Below, in pieces: positions 29,272 through 38,580 of a DNA stretch of 64,000 nt (positions within the stretch are counted from its first letter, which is position 1; each line of letters starts with the position of its first letter). The DNA is taken from positions 1-64,000 of IMG/VR virus record IMGVR_UViG_3300046408_000009; one strand, 5' to 3'. Below the pieces are notes generated by a model. That model was given only the letters and a program-made list of their open reading frames with translations. It did not search any database and was not told where the DNA came from. The translations under genes and the position numbers were made by a program. This stretch comes from a virus (Duplodnaviria > Caudoviricetes).

Positions 29272-29598
29272 CTAAACCGTCCCTTCAATGATGCGAGCGC
29301 GAAGTGCGTCACCCTTAATGCCCTGAGCACAGAGTGCAGCGATCCGCGCGTGGTAATCGCCATTGGCCGCAGCGTGCCACGGTGTCGGGCAATCGAAGTG
29401 GTAGTGAATCACTCCGTCACGGTCATGGTCATGGTCGTGGAACATTTGACCATCGGTGGCCGGGTTGTTGTACCCGACGAGAACCATGTGCTTTGGCTCG
29501 TTGTCCGTCACACCACAGATTCCGCACCGGGATTCCGGTTCAGCGTCAGCCACGACTGGTGTGCTCGTAACTTCCGCGCCTGGTTCGATCACACTCAT
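29272..29598 (-). CDS. Hypothetical protein with Cys/His motifs
   Basis: CGIC...H...HFDC; 108 aa, tightly packed. Confidence 0.7.
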   Translation of the reverse strand: MSVIEPGAEVTSTPVVADAEPESRCGICGVTDNEPKHMVLVGYNNPATDGQMFHDHDHDRDGVIHYHFDCPTPWHAAANGDYHARIAALCAQGIKGDALRARIIEGTV

Positions 29599-29607
29599 GG
29601 ATGCTCC

Positions 29608-30369
29608 TTAGTTGGTGAAGCCACTGGCGGCGCGAACAGCCTTCACGACTTCCGCGCGGGGTGATCCTTCGGTGTGCACGGTCTCTGCTTCGAGAATCGC
29701 TGCGGCCTGCTCCGGGTGCGCACCAACGTAGTTGGCGACATCCTGACCGGTCCCCTGGACAAGAACGGCGTGGTCGACCGGTGGCAAACCATCCGGGTTC
29801 CCATTCGCGTCCTTGAGTCCCGTGTTGGGTTCGCCACCTTGCACACCCGCACCACCTGCAGGAGGCTCAGTGCTCGCGCCAGCCGGGTTCAGTGACGTCA
29901 CAATGATGTCGCTGTCGTCCGAGTCGCCGGATGTGTCAGTGGTGTCGTGGCCACTTACCGCACCACTACCCAGCATGATCTCGTCCGTCTTGAGTCCACC
30001 CCGTTGGATGGCCAGACGAATGTCATTGAGGTGCTGGTCCTCGTACGCACGAGCGGCCTTGACACTCGTCAAAGCACCCTCCACGCGAGGGGCCAACTCC
30101 GGACGTGTGGCAATCAGTGCTCGAACTTCCGACGCGTTGGCATTGGAAATCCAGCCAAGAATCTCTTCGTCGCTAGGAGAAGTCGGAAGGTCCTGCAAAA
30201 TGCCAGGGTGCTCCACCTCTTCGTCGGGACCGATGATTGCGAAGTGATTCTTCAACCGCTCCGCCTCATTGTCCGGAATTTCCACCACCTGATTACGGAA
30301 ACCCTGTCCGGGTGTTCCATCCTCGTGTGTCCATGCGGCAATTGCGTGTCGAATCTTGTAAAGCGCCAT
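29608..30369 (-). CDS. Hypothetical capsid-adjacent protein
   Basis: Start at MALYKIRH with a purine-rich RBS; C-terminal AAAILEAE...PRAEV motif. Confidence 0.75.
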   Translation of the reverse strand: MALYKIRHAIAAWTHEDGTPGQGFRNQVVEIPDNEAERLKNHFAIIGPDEEVEHPGILQDLPTSPSDEEILGWISNANASEVRALIATRPELAPRVEGALTSVKAARAYEDQHLNDIRLAIQRGGLKTDEIMLGSGAVSGHDTTDTSGDSDDSDIIVTSLNPAGASTEPPAGGAGVQGGEPNTGLKDANGNPDGLPPVDHAVLVQGTGQDVANYVGAHPEQAAAILEAETVHTEGSPRAEVVKAVRAASGFTN

Positions 30370-30392
30370 GTCTCTTCGTCCTTTTCTCCGGG

Positions 30393-31433
30393 CTACAGCC
30401 CAGTGATCTCCATAACAGCCCACGGATTCGTGACGAACATCACGGGACGAACCGATGACTGAGTCCACGCACGCTGGTGGTCGGGGTCATCCCACGTCTG
30501 AGTCATTAACGGCTGCTCCAAGCGCATCTCGCCAAGTTGACCAGACGCAACGGCGTACGCCGTTCCGAGAGGGACACGGTTCGACGCGTAGAGGTCGTCG
30601 TAACCGGCGTCCTCCAGCATCTGGGTGAGACCATCGCGATAAAACAGGCGCAACGAGTTCAACTGAACGGGGTTGATCAGCATGGTGTCATACTGAATGC
30701 CCAACTCAGCCTGGTCCGCCAACATCTGTGGTCGCGAGAAGTCCGCGCCAGGGGTGAGGGGCGGAGCCGTGGGGTTCGCGCCCGCAGGAATGGCAGTCTC
30801 CCAGTTGTTACCAACGTAGGTGGACATTCCGTTGTTCGCGGCGACGGCGGCATTGACTGCGGCGATGGCGCGAGTGTTCAACTTGCGAACAATCGTGTTG
30901 CCCAGTCGGACGAGTTCGTTGCGGAACGCAACGGCCTCGTTGCGGTCGCGGGCTTCGTACGAGACCCAGAACTTTCCACCGTACTTCTCGACGGATGCAA
31001 CCTTCGGCACGCGGCGAATCGAGGTGACGACCGGGAATTCCTGTCCGGGCGAGACCGGCTCGACATCACGCAACAGATAGATGTCGTTGGCCACGACCAC
31101 GTCGTAGACAACCGCACCACCAGTAACGCCACCGTTCGAGGTGAAGAGTCGATCCAGTACGAACCGTGACAAGGTCAGGTCCATCAGGAACGAAGTCACT
31201 CGCGTGGGCTGTTGGAGCATGATGTCCACCGTGATGTCCGTACCCGACATGATTGGCGAGGCCAGCGGGTGCTCGATTGGGTTGACGAGGTCCGATGCAC
31301 CCATGATGCGAGGGACTTCAAGTCCCATCGACTCATAGCGTCGGTTCCAAGTTCCAGAACGTGAACCCCTCACGAGGGTTGGAATCTCCAGTTCAGATTC
31401 GACCGTGATTCGTGGCGTGGTGTGCTTTCCCAT
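30393..31433 (-). CDS. Major capsid protein (HK97 fold inferred)
   Basis: Follows protease/scaffold and decoration genes; VEKYGGKFWVSYEARDRN...GNTIVRK and YDTMLINP motifs; start may be 31433 or 31304. Confidence 0.85.
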   Translation of the reverse strand: MGKHTTPRITVESELEIPTLVRGSRSGTWNRRYESMGLEVPRIMGASDLVNPIEHPLASPIMSGTDITVDIMLQQPTRVTSFLMDLTLSRFVLDRLFTSNGGVTGGAVVYDVVVANDIYLLRDVEPVSPGQEFPVVTSIRRVPKVASVEKYGGKFWVSYEARDRNEAVAFRNELVRLGNTIVRKLNTRAIAAVNAAVAANNGMSTYVGNNWETAIPAGANPTAPPLTPGADFSRPQMLADQAELGIQYDTMLINPVQLNSLRLFYRDGLTQMLEDAGYDDLYASNRVPLGTAYAVASGQLGEMRLEQPLMTQTWDDPDHQRAWTQSSVRPVMFVTNPWAVMEITGL

Positions 31434-31442
31434 GTTCCCTCG

Positions 31443-31832
31443 TTAGTTGTAGATAGCGATCATTGCGTCACTGCCAGGGGTCGCCGCGTTAAGGCACATA
31501 CCCGCAACGCGGTGCCCAATGGTGGTGTCCCAAGCAATTGCATTTCCTGAAGCGTCTGACATCACTTCCTGCCCTGCGGTGAGTGCACCAGCACCACACG
31601 TGACTGGGAGAATTCCGTGGCGAACAATACCGAACCACTGACCAGTCGCCACGTTGTACTCCGCAACCCCGAAAGGCTTAGCATTCGCGGGGCACGTAGC
31701 GGCCTGGAGGGTGAGGTCGGAAGCGAGGTTCCCAGAGATGGCAACGAACGTCTTGCCCACGACCGGTGCTGTCGCGGTAGCAGATACGCGATCACCCGGT
31801 TCGAAATAAGGAATCATGCTATTCAATGGCAT
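31443..31832 (-). CDS. Capsid decoration/cement protein (DUF2190-like)
   Basis: PFGVA...GILPVTCGAGALTAGQEVMSDASGNA pattern. Confidence 0.8.
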   Translation of the reverse strand: MPLNSMIPYFEPGDRVSATATAPVVGKTFVAISGNLASDLTLQAATCPANAKPFGVAEYNVATGQWFGIVRHGILPVTCGAGALTAGQEVMSDASGNAIAWDTTIGHRVAGMCLNAATPGSDAMIAIYN

Positions 31833-33361
31833 CAGTCACTCCCAACTGTGATACGGCTTGCGAAGCGACGTTGTGCCGCTCTGATCGTGGGCTTCCAGTC
31901 ATCAGGGTATGCACTGTCGACAGCGACGGTCTCCGTGCTGCCTTCGTGTCCCCGCTCCTTGATCGGTACGAGACCGGATTCGAGGGAAGCGAGCAACGTC
32001 TTCGTGCCTTCGGGGTCAGCCTTGAACAAAGCCTCGTAGTGGTCGCGGCGAGCGGGCGGAATCTTGCCAGCCTTGATTGCACCATCGAGAACGCTGGCAC
32101 GGAGTTGATTGTCACGCTCCACGACCAGTTCTCGCGATGCGGCGACACCCTGACGAAGATCATCAAGGATCGACTGATCGATCAGTGCCATTCCTTCCGG
32201 AATGGCGGGGGATACAACAACCGGCTCGACTACCGGTGCGGGAGTTTCGACTGGAACAGTCGACTCAACTGCAGGAGCGACTACCGGAGTAGTCAACTTT
32301 GCAGATAAGGCCGCGTTGATCTCATCCTCAGTTGCTTCAGGCGTAAGCCCCAGCGTCTGAAGAACTTCGGCAGATAGTTGCATATCTGTTCCCTTCTGAT
32401 TCGTTGGTGGGAGTGTAGCACTAATCGCATCCCTAACGCGGGGTCGACCGGCCATTACTGGATTACCAAATCTTTTCGCAACACTTTGGCCAGCCGCAAT
32501 GATGTCCACATATTGAATGCGAACCTCTTGCGACTCTCCAAACGTCACAGCATCGATTCCGTCTTTTGTCGATTTGAGGCTGTAAGGAATTCGGAAAAGA
32601 TGTCCCGCGTCATCGTCAACAATGAGTTCCATAGGGTCAACGCGAACTTCGCGAATCCACCACCAATAAAATTCTGGATCGGCAGACGGACCACTATAGA
32701 AAGCGTTAACCACATCATCAATTGACGCGTCAGCCATGATCGTGGGGTTGACGTTCGAGCGAGCCGCTGCGATGTAGTGAGCATCCTCTAGTCGCACAAG
32801 AACTTCAGGACCACCGGCATGCTTCGAAAGGATGTGGTCATTCTCTTCGACCGGAATCAAAATAGGTGCGTCGGTACCGTAGAGCATTTTCACATCCTCA
32901 AGACACGAGATAGCGGGGTACGCTTCGCCCAATAATGCAACGGCCTCCAAAACAAACGGCCACTCGTTACCGGAACGTAGCGTCATAGCGAAATGACCTT
33001 CAATGGACCGACGCGGGAATGCACTGGCCATGCATTCTGCGAGCCAGCGCGGAACACCCGTGAGGTCCCCCAACAATGTCTGCTTATTCTCGGATAGGTG
33101 CAAATTTTCAATGCGACCCAACGAGGGAGTGCCGTCAAAGCGAGGATCAGTATGTCCAAGTTTGACGATGGGAGTACGGACGAACGGATCGGCTTGTGAT
33201 GCAATTGCTGATTGCAAATCTTCCAGCGTAATGGTGAAGACACCAGTGGAACAAAACCAGTCTTCGCCCACCTCCATCAGTTCAATGTTGGGGACGGTGA
33301 CGAGAGCGGAAGGTGTGTCGGTTGCCACGGATGCGGCGATGCGAGCACTGGGTCTCTTCAT
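31832..33361 (-). CDS. Prohead protease plus scaffold (Mu gpI-like)
   Basis: VKLGH, RRSIEG and AVALLG..PA motifs; C-terminal LDGAIKAGKIPPARR scaffold. Confidence 0.88.
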   Translation of the reverse strand: MKRPSARIAASVATDTPSALVTVPNIELMEVGEDWFCSTGVFTITLEDLQSAIASQADPFVRTPIVKLGHTDPRFDGTPSLGRIENLHLSENKQTLLGDLTGVPRWLAECMASAFPRRSIEGHFAMTLRSGNEWPFVLEAVALLGEAYPAISCLEDVKMLYGTDAPILIPVEENDHILSKHAGGPEVLVRLEDAHYIAAARSNVNPTIMADASIDDVVNAFYSGPSADPEFYWWWIREVRVDPMELIVDDDAGHLFRIPYSLKSTKDGIDAVTFGESQEVRIQYVDIIAAGQSVAKRFGNPVMAGRPRVRDAISATLPPTNQKGTDMQLSAEVLQTLGLTPEATEDEINAALSAKLTTPVVAPAVESTVPVETPAPVVEPVVVSPAIPEGMALIDQSILDDLRQGVAASRELVVERDNQLRASVLDGAIKAGKIPPARRDHYEALFKADPEGTKTLLASLESGLVPIKERGHEGSTETVAVDSAYPDDWKPTIRAAQRRFASRITVGSD

Positions 33362-33392
33362 GATGACGGACTATAACACACGGTCAGAATAT

Positions 33393-33776
33393 TTATTGAT
33401 TCCAATTTGATGCCGCTTGGAATTCAGGTGCGGTAGCGCCAACAAATTTTCCAGCGGCAGTGTGCCGACCGGTATACACGGGAACTGGTCGCGGGGGAAT
33501 GAAAGGCTTGATCGGTGGTGGCGCGACGTCCGCCATCCACGCGTGCTTCGTTACTCCGTTCGCCGCCATCAATCCCACGTAGAACATTGGGTCGTAGTCT
33601 GCGTTGAGCCACAACTGATCGGGGGTCAGTGCCCCTTCGACGGGAACGCAACCATCCTCAATGTATGTGTTCCAATTCGAATTAACCTCGCTGCCGAAAT
33701 CCGGCACGAGTCTCTTCGCGTCGTTGATGGCAATGGCGTCGGTAGCGTCCGGATCGAAGTTCTCGTAACCGGCCAT
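33393..33776 (-). CDS. Hypothetical protein
   Basis: 127-aa ORF tightly packed in the head module. Confidence 0.7.
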   Translation of the reverse strand: MAGYENFDPDATDAIAINDAKRLVPDFGSEVNSNWNTYIEDGCVPVEGALTPDQLWLNADYDPMFYVGLMAANGVTKHAWMADVAPPPIKPFIPPRPVPVYTGRHTAAGKFVGATAPEFQAASNWNQ

Positions 33777-33779
33777 GCG

Positions 33780-34202
33780 TTACAGGTTCTGGCCAGAACC
33801 CTGGTCCGTCTGGTCGCCCTGGTATTCGAGTTCATCGAGACCATCGACTGAATAGGTGGGGGTACCCGCCGACAGCAACTTGACGACCGCCATGTCCTCG
33901 TAGTCAAAAGGAACCAACACGGTGGAACCGGCGACAGCAGGCAGAACCGGCGAGGTGGTGGCAGTCGGCGTCGACCCGTCGACCGTGTAGTTGATCGCGG
34001 ACGCACCACTCACGTTGGTGATGCGTACGGCAACGTGCACCTTCGTAAAGGTCACCGTCGCGACAGTGGCGGCGACGAGCGTCCCGTCAAACGTTTCCAC
34101 AGTGGGCGCGGGGTTAACACTCGCGTATGAACTTGGAGTGTCACTGGGAACTCCGGGGAATGTTCCAGCAGAACCACCCTGCGGAAGGTCTTGACTTGAC
34201 AT
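33780..34202 (-). CDS. Probable structural/decoration protein
   Basis: Beta-rich: VRITNVSG...YTVDGSTPT..SPVLPA. Confidence 0.7.
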   Translation of the reverse strand: MSSQDLPQGGSAGTFPGVPSDTPSSYASVNPAPTVETFDGTLVAATVATVTFTKVHVAVRITNVSGASAINYTVDGSTPTATTSPVLPAVAGSTVLVPFDYEDMAVVKLLSAGTPTYSVDGLDELEYQGDQTDQGSGQNL

Positions 34203-34254
34203 GGAATTCTCCTTGTTCGGATTCTTGTTGGCACTGTATCACATCAAATATGAA

Positions 34255-35382
34255 TCAGTTCGTTTCGTCGTCGTCGTCGCCCAGAGCATTATCGATATCG
34301 GTGTGCGCTTCATCATAGACGGCAACGATTGTCCCACGACAGCGGGGACCTCCAAGACATTCTGAATATCCACCCTGAGGGTAATCTGCTTCAGCGTCCG
34401 CGAGAGTCGCGTAATCGTGCCCGTCAATTTTTTCGCACTCCTCACACGTATTTTTGTCGAGAAGTTCTGAACTGTAGTAGGTGCCAGCCGACTGACTGAA
34501 GACAGCCATGCGTCCCTGATTCTGCGCTTGGGTGAGTGCCCCACCCAACATATCCTCCGCGTACGAGGGAGACAGTGACGAGAGGTGATCGCCAACGAGA
34601 TTCGCCACGTCCTCACCACTGAGTGCGTCGACACCGTAGCGCGTCAGTGCTTGGGTGGCCGCACTATTGGAAATACTGCGAGCCATTATCTTGCCCATTG
34701 CCGCCGACTGTCTCTGCAGAGTTCTAGTGACGTCAGAAGTATCAATGGTGGAAAGTTTCAGTCCCTGTCTTTCGGCCTCTAGTTTTGCGTCAACAACAGA
34801 ACTCTCCATCATTGCGGTCATATGCTTCAGAATCAAATCTTCTCCAGTGACCGTCGTCATGATCGCAGCGACCTGATCCGCCGATTGATTACTCACTGCA
34901 TTTTGAATTTGACCTTGCAGATCAAGAATCTGTTGTTCCTTGATGTCACCCCAGCCATTGAGTAATTTCTGAATTTCGTCTTCCCAGTGTTTTTGCAACG
35001 CTTGGAAATCAGTCTTGGCGGAAAGTTCAATCTTGGTAGGGTGACGGTGACCAACGGGCGGTGGACTACTCGTAGAAAATTGTGGGGGCGGAACTCTGCC
35101 AGCCTTAACCTTATCGTCGGGTCGTATGATTTTATCGATCACCCCGATGACTTCAAAATAATCCGATCTCGATAACAATCCTTTGGCAAAAAGTGTTTGC
35201 ACTTCCGACCACGATCCCGGTGGCCCAAATGTGTCATCGGGTTCTATTGCAGCGGTAGCCTCCGCTGTTCTTGGTGCACTCGGAACTGGTATCCACGAAC
35301 GCGCAGCCCACCGCTCACCAAGTTGCTGTACGGTGATCTTTCCCTCGTTGAGTTCTGCAACGTCGTCGGCTACTTGGGTCAT
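34255..35382 (-). CDS. Head morphogenesis protein (MuF/minor capsid-like)
   Basis: C-terminal YSSELLDKNTCEEC..IDG...CLGGPRCRG Cys motif; lies between portal and protease. Confidence 0.75.
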   Translation of the reverse strand: MTQVADDVAELNEGKITVQQLGERWAARSWIPVPSAPRTAEATAAIEPDDTFGPPGSWSEVQTLFAKGLLSRSDYFEVIGVIDKIIRPDDKVKAGRVPPPQFSTSSPPPVGHRHPTKIELSAKTDFQALQKHWEDEIQKLLNGWGDIKEQQILDLQGQIQNAVSNQSADQVAAIMTTVTGEDLILKHMTAMMESSVVDAKLEAERQGLKLSTIDTSDVTRTLQRQSAAMGKIMARSISNSAATQALTRYGVDALSGEDVANLVGDHLSSLSPSYAEDMLGGALTQAQNQGRMAVFSQSAGTYYSSELLDKNTCEECEKIDGHDYATLADAEADYPQGGYSECLGGPRCRGTIVAVYDEAHTDIDNALGDDDDETN

Positions 35383-35525
35383 GCGCTTCGATTCGCTGGA
35401 TTCAATTTCTGGGCTAGTTTTTCTGCGTACGCTGCCCGTTCCTCGTCAGTCATCTCATTGATCTTCTTGGGCGGCTTCGAAAGAAAAACCAAGGGTTGCT
35501 TGTTCGCGTCGTCGTTATCACTCAT
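35379..35525 (-). CDS. 48-aa protein coupled to the toxin-like gene (candidate antitoxin/immunity)
   Basis: MSDNDDANKQPLVFLSKPPKKINEMTDEERAAYAEKLAQKLNPANRSA; start overlaps the upstream stop (ATGAGTGA) and its stop overlaps the next start (ATGA). Confidence 0.75.
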   Translation of the reverse strand: MSDNDDANKQPLVFLSKPPKKINEMTDEERAAYAEKLAQKLNPANRSA

Positions 35526-37113
35526 CTTTTTTCACTCCAGTTCCACCTGTGTTTATAGAAGCGAACGTTGATAGGTCCGTAATGGCTATCTGGTCTCGCT
35601 CCGCACCAAGTGCTTTTGCAAATTCTAGCGCATTTTCTCCGGGTGGAATCACCTGAGTTACATCCAAATATGCAAGTCCAGTGTCATTGCCCTTGTCATC
35701 AACGGCGTGCCACCCACCCAGGTACATTCCGTCTTCTGCCAATTTATCTGCATTTGCAGACATGAACGCATCAATTTGACGACCCATGGGTGACGTGCCG
35801 TCTGGACCGATCTCGAATTGATCCGGAGTTGCCGGAATCGCGCCAGACGAATGCGGGTCCCCCACGGCTACCGCGTAGGGTCCCTTCCCACTACCGTCAC
35901 CGGTTCCCGGTGGTAAGTCGCCCGTAAACGGATCAAGGGTGAATCCTCCATCGGGATCACGAAGATCGTTGCTATGTATTGACGCCAGCGCCCCCGCCGT
36001 CGTAGTAACCGGTGCATTGGGTTTCGTGTCCGACACAATTGATCGGTCGTTGTTAACCAGAATTGCACGATCTACTTTTGGAGAGTTCTCGTCAAATGTC
36101 ACACGTGGCGGAGTACGTCCATCATCGGTCAGCGGCATATTTGCAATAATATTGAGGGGGACAAATCGACCACCGCGCTGATATCGACCAGTGGCGTTCT
36201 TAATACTCTCTTCCTTAGTGGCGTCGATAAGGATCATTGTTGTGTCGTAGTGCTCGTCGGTCACTTCCTTGATTGCATCCCAATATCTGTTGAATTGAGC
36301 ATTGCTTTTCATCGTTGAGTCAATAGCGATGTTTTTGCTCTGTGCCGCCGCCTGTTGAACAATCATGCCAGCGACGGTCGACTTCTCGTCCTGTATGAGT
36401 GTGCCCACCTCTTCGGGCGATAGCCCCAGGGCACTGTAATCGGGGATCATTCCCATGGACTGCATCACCACACCAACATCGTCGGGGTTAGCAACCACGT
36501 AACTTTTCGGATCGATACCTAACTCGGTAGCGTGTCCCGGTTGTGCATCTTGTCCCGGTCGAGCAGCACTACCGTTGAGAAACGTCGACTTCCCCGCGCC
36601 CGGTAGTCCAGCCATGATAAGTAATTTGTGGTCGGATTCGATTCCCGGTGCGTTCAGAAAAACGTCCGCAACTTTTTGCTGTTGCTCAGTTCTTTCCTTC
36701 GTGTACATCCCCACGTGACCCTCAACCATGTCGTAGACGGATCGGGTGTCGAGTTTTTCTTTCATGCCAATGTTTTGTCGAGCAACAACATCGGTCATGT
36801 GTTCTTGTAATTCTTCGGGGGTCATATTCACCAATGCCGAAGATGGTGTTGGCGCGGGTGCACTATCGCCGCCGCCATCGCCGCCGCCATCGCCGCCGCC
36901 ATCGCCGCCGCCATCGCCGCCGCCATCACTGGTCCATCGACCGTGATCATCACGAGGCTCATCATCGTTGTACTCAGCACGCATATCAAGCAGCAACACC
37001 ATTGCAGAGATCGTGGAGAAAACTGCACAGATTTCACACGCGTCATTGTGAAAGTCAGGGTGGACGCGCTCGCGCATCTCGATGATTTCTGAGGTTGACA
37101 GAAGCCTAGGCAT
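35518..37113 (-). CDS. Zeta-toxin-like P-loop kinase fused to a second C-terminal domain
   Basis: YTKERTEQQQKV...LIMAGLPGAGKST, VVANPDDV, IAIDST; N-terminal EPRDDHGRWT motif; separate ~140-aa C-terminal domain. Confidence 0.8.
   Translation of the reverse strand: MPRLLSTSEIIEMRERVHPDFHNDACEICAVFSTISAMVLLLDMRAEYNDDEPRDDHGRWTSDGGGDGGGDGGGDGGGDGGGDSAPAPTPSSALVNMTPEELQEHMTDVVARQNIGMKEKLDTRSVYDMVEGHVGMYTKERTEQQQKVADVFLNAPGIESDHKLLIMAGLPGAGKSTFLNGSAARPGQDAQPGHATELGIDPKSYVVANPDDVGVVMQSMGMIPDYSALGLSPEEVGTLIQDEKSTVAGMIVQQAAAQSKNIAIDSTMKSNAQFNRYWDAIKEVTDEHYDTTMILIDATKEESIKNATGRYQRGGRFVPLNIIANMPLTDDGRTPPRVTFDENSPKVDRAILVNNDRSIVSDTKPNAPVTTTAGALASIHSNDLRDPDGGFTLDPFTGDLPPGTGDGSGKGPYAVAVGDPHSSGAIPATPDQFEIGPDGTSPMGRQIDAFMSANADKLAEDGMYLGGWHAVDDKGNDTGLAYLDVTQVIPPGENALEFAKALGAERDQIAITDLSTFASINTGGTGVKKDE
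36865..36927. repeat. Perfect tandem repeat (ATCGCCGCCGCC)x5 encoding (GGGD)n
   Basis: Directly visible 12-bp units. Confidence 0.95.
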
Positions 37114-37115
37114 GG

Positions 37116-38561
37116 CTAACTTTGCAGAAATTCATCCCAGGCGTGTTGATTCCGTTGCCGTTCGATGTCGCTACGTGACGCAGCGGCCTTCTTTTTCTTA
37201 GAGTCAATCGGCGTCGGGGCATCAACTTCCTCTTCCGTGTCAGTACTATCCGTTACCGTAGAATCAGCGGCTGCAGGTACGGCAGGCATCGTGGCACTCG
37301 GGCCGGGAGGTGTTGGCGTGGTAGGACCGGGATCACTAATCCCCCAGCGATCCGTCAACCACGTACGCACCTCATCATCGACCACGATGCATCCGGCGTC
37401 GACCAGTGCGACAAAATCCGTTGCCGTAATGCGAGATTCCGGGTCCTCGTCCCACGTAAGCAGAGGTGCATTTTCATCGATACCAAAATTCCAGTCAATC
37501 ATGTTTTCAACAACGTGCTTATTGGTGGTGTTCTTGTACCATCCTGCAGTCGCGTCAACACCCATCTTGAAAAAGTCAACAAACGATTCGCCCAACGCGC
37601 GTGATCCAGTCTTCGTCTGGCCCAGCAAGGAGAACATTGCTAGAAATGCACGAGCCATTTGCGTGTCGTAGTAATCAATGGACGCCATGATGTCAGGAAG
37701 GTTTCCGGTTACACCTTGGATACCCAGCGTGCCACCGTTAGGTAGACCAACCCCCGCCATCCCATCGGCGCGTGTTGCACGAGCCATGGTCGCGTACTGC
37801 ATGACGGTTTCCCTCGTCGCACCAAGGGGGGCAGTTCCAACGGGGATACCCATACCGAATCGCTCGTTCTTCATAGCGTCCACGCGCAACGCACGGTCCT
37901 TCAATATCCACGGCTTGTAGCACGAGCGAAGAATCGATTGACCGGTCCAGTTCGCGCCCTCACGTCCCCAGATGTACGGAGCAAGAACGTTCGCCGGAAT
38001 CTTCGGACCCATCTGTGGTTCGCCAGGTCGCGGCCACTGTTGAATGCTTTCGAGTTCACTGTTCTGTTTGTTGAGATTGATGTTGGAGATCGATTGCGGC
38101 ATACGCGGTGCGAGTTTCGTCAACTCCCATCTTGTTGCCGATTCGTTAATCTCTCCCACCGTCTCGAAGAACATGTATCCGTAGACCAATGACAACAACG
38201 CGTGTTCAAGGTGCATGTCGTGGTTGAAACGCATGCGCTTACGAGAAGCCGGTTCATCCACGCCACGGATCGGAAGACCTAACGCAGTTGCAACAAGTTC
38301 CGTCACTTCGTCCCGTGAACCATTGGGGTCAATGACCCAACGAGACCTGCGGATAGGTAGAAACAACGCCTGCAAGAGTGAATAGATTTGCGCGTCAGTT
38401 CGCATGTGATGGTAAATTTTCAACGAGTTTGGCCACCGCAATTCTGCAACGTTCTCATTAATGTCTGCGGACCAAAGACTCCACGTGATGGGACTGGCGT
38501 TCGGGTACCCCACTTCCCTCGTCGGTCCGTCTTCCGTACCTGTTTGCATTTTGTCCGCCAT
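37116..38561 (-). CDS. Portal protein (DUF935/Mu gp29-like)
   Basis: MRTDAQI, LVYGYMFFE, ERFGMGIP, GSRALGE motifs; directly after the terminase. Confidence 0.92.
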   Translation of the reverse strand: MADKMQTGTEDGPTREVGYPNASPITWSLWSADINENVAELRWPNSLKIYHHMRTDAQIYSLLQALFLPIRRSRWVIDPNGSRDEVTELVATALGLPIRGVDEPASRKRMRFNHDMHLEHALLSLVYGYMFFETVGEINESATRWELTKLAPRMPQSISNINLNKQNSELESIQQWPRPGEPQMGPKIPANVLAPYIWGREGANWTGQSILRSCYKPWILKDRALRVDAMKNERFGMGIPVGTAPLGATRETVMQYATMARATRADGMAGVGLPNGGTLGIQGVTGNLPDIMASIDYYDTQMARAFLAMFSLLGQTKTGSRALGESFVDFFKMGVDATAGWYKNTTNKHVVENMIDWNFGIDENAPLLTWDEDPESRITATDFVALVDAGCIVVDDEVRTWLTDRWGISDPGPTTPTPPGPSATMPAVPAAADSTVTDSTDTEEEVDAPTPIDSKKKKAAASRSDIERQRNQHAWDEFLQS

Positions 38562-38580
38562 TATGGGGTCACAATACCAC

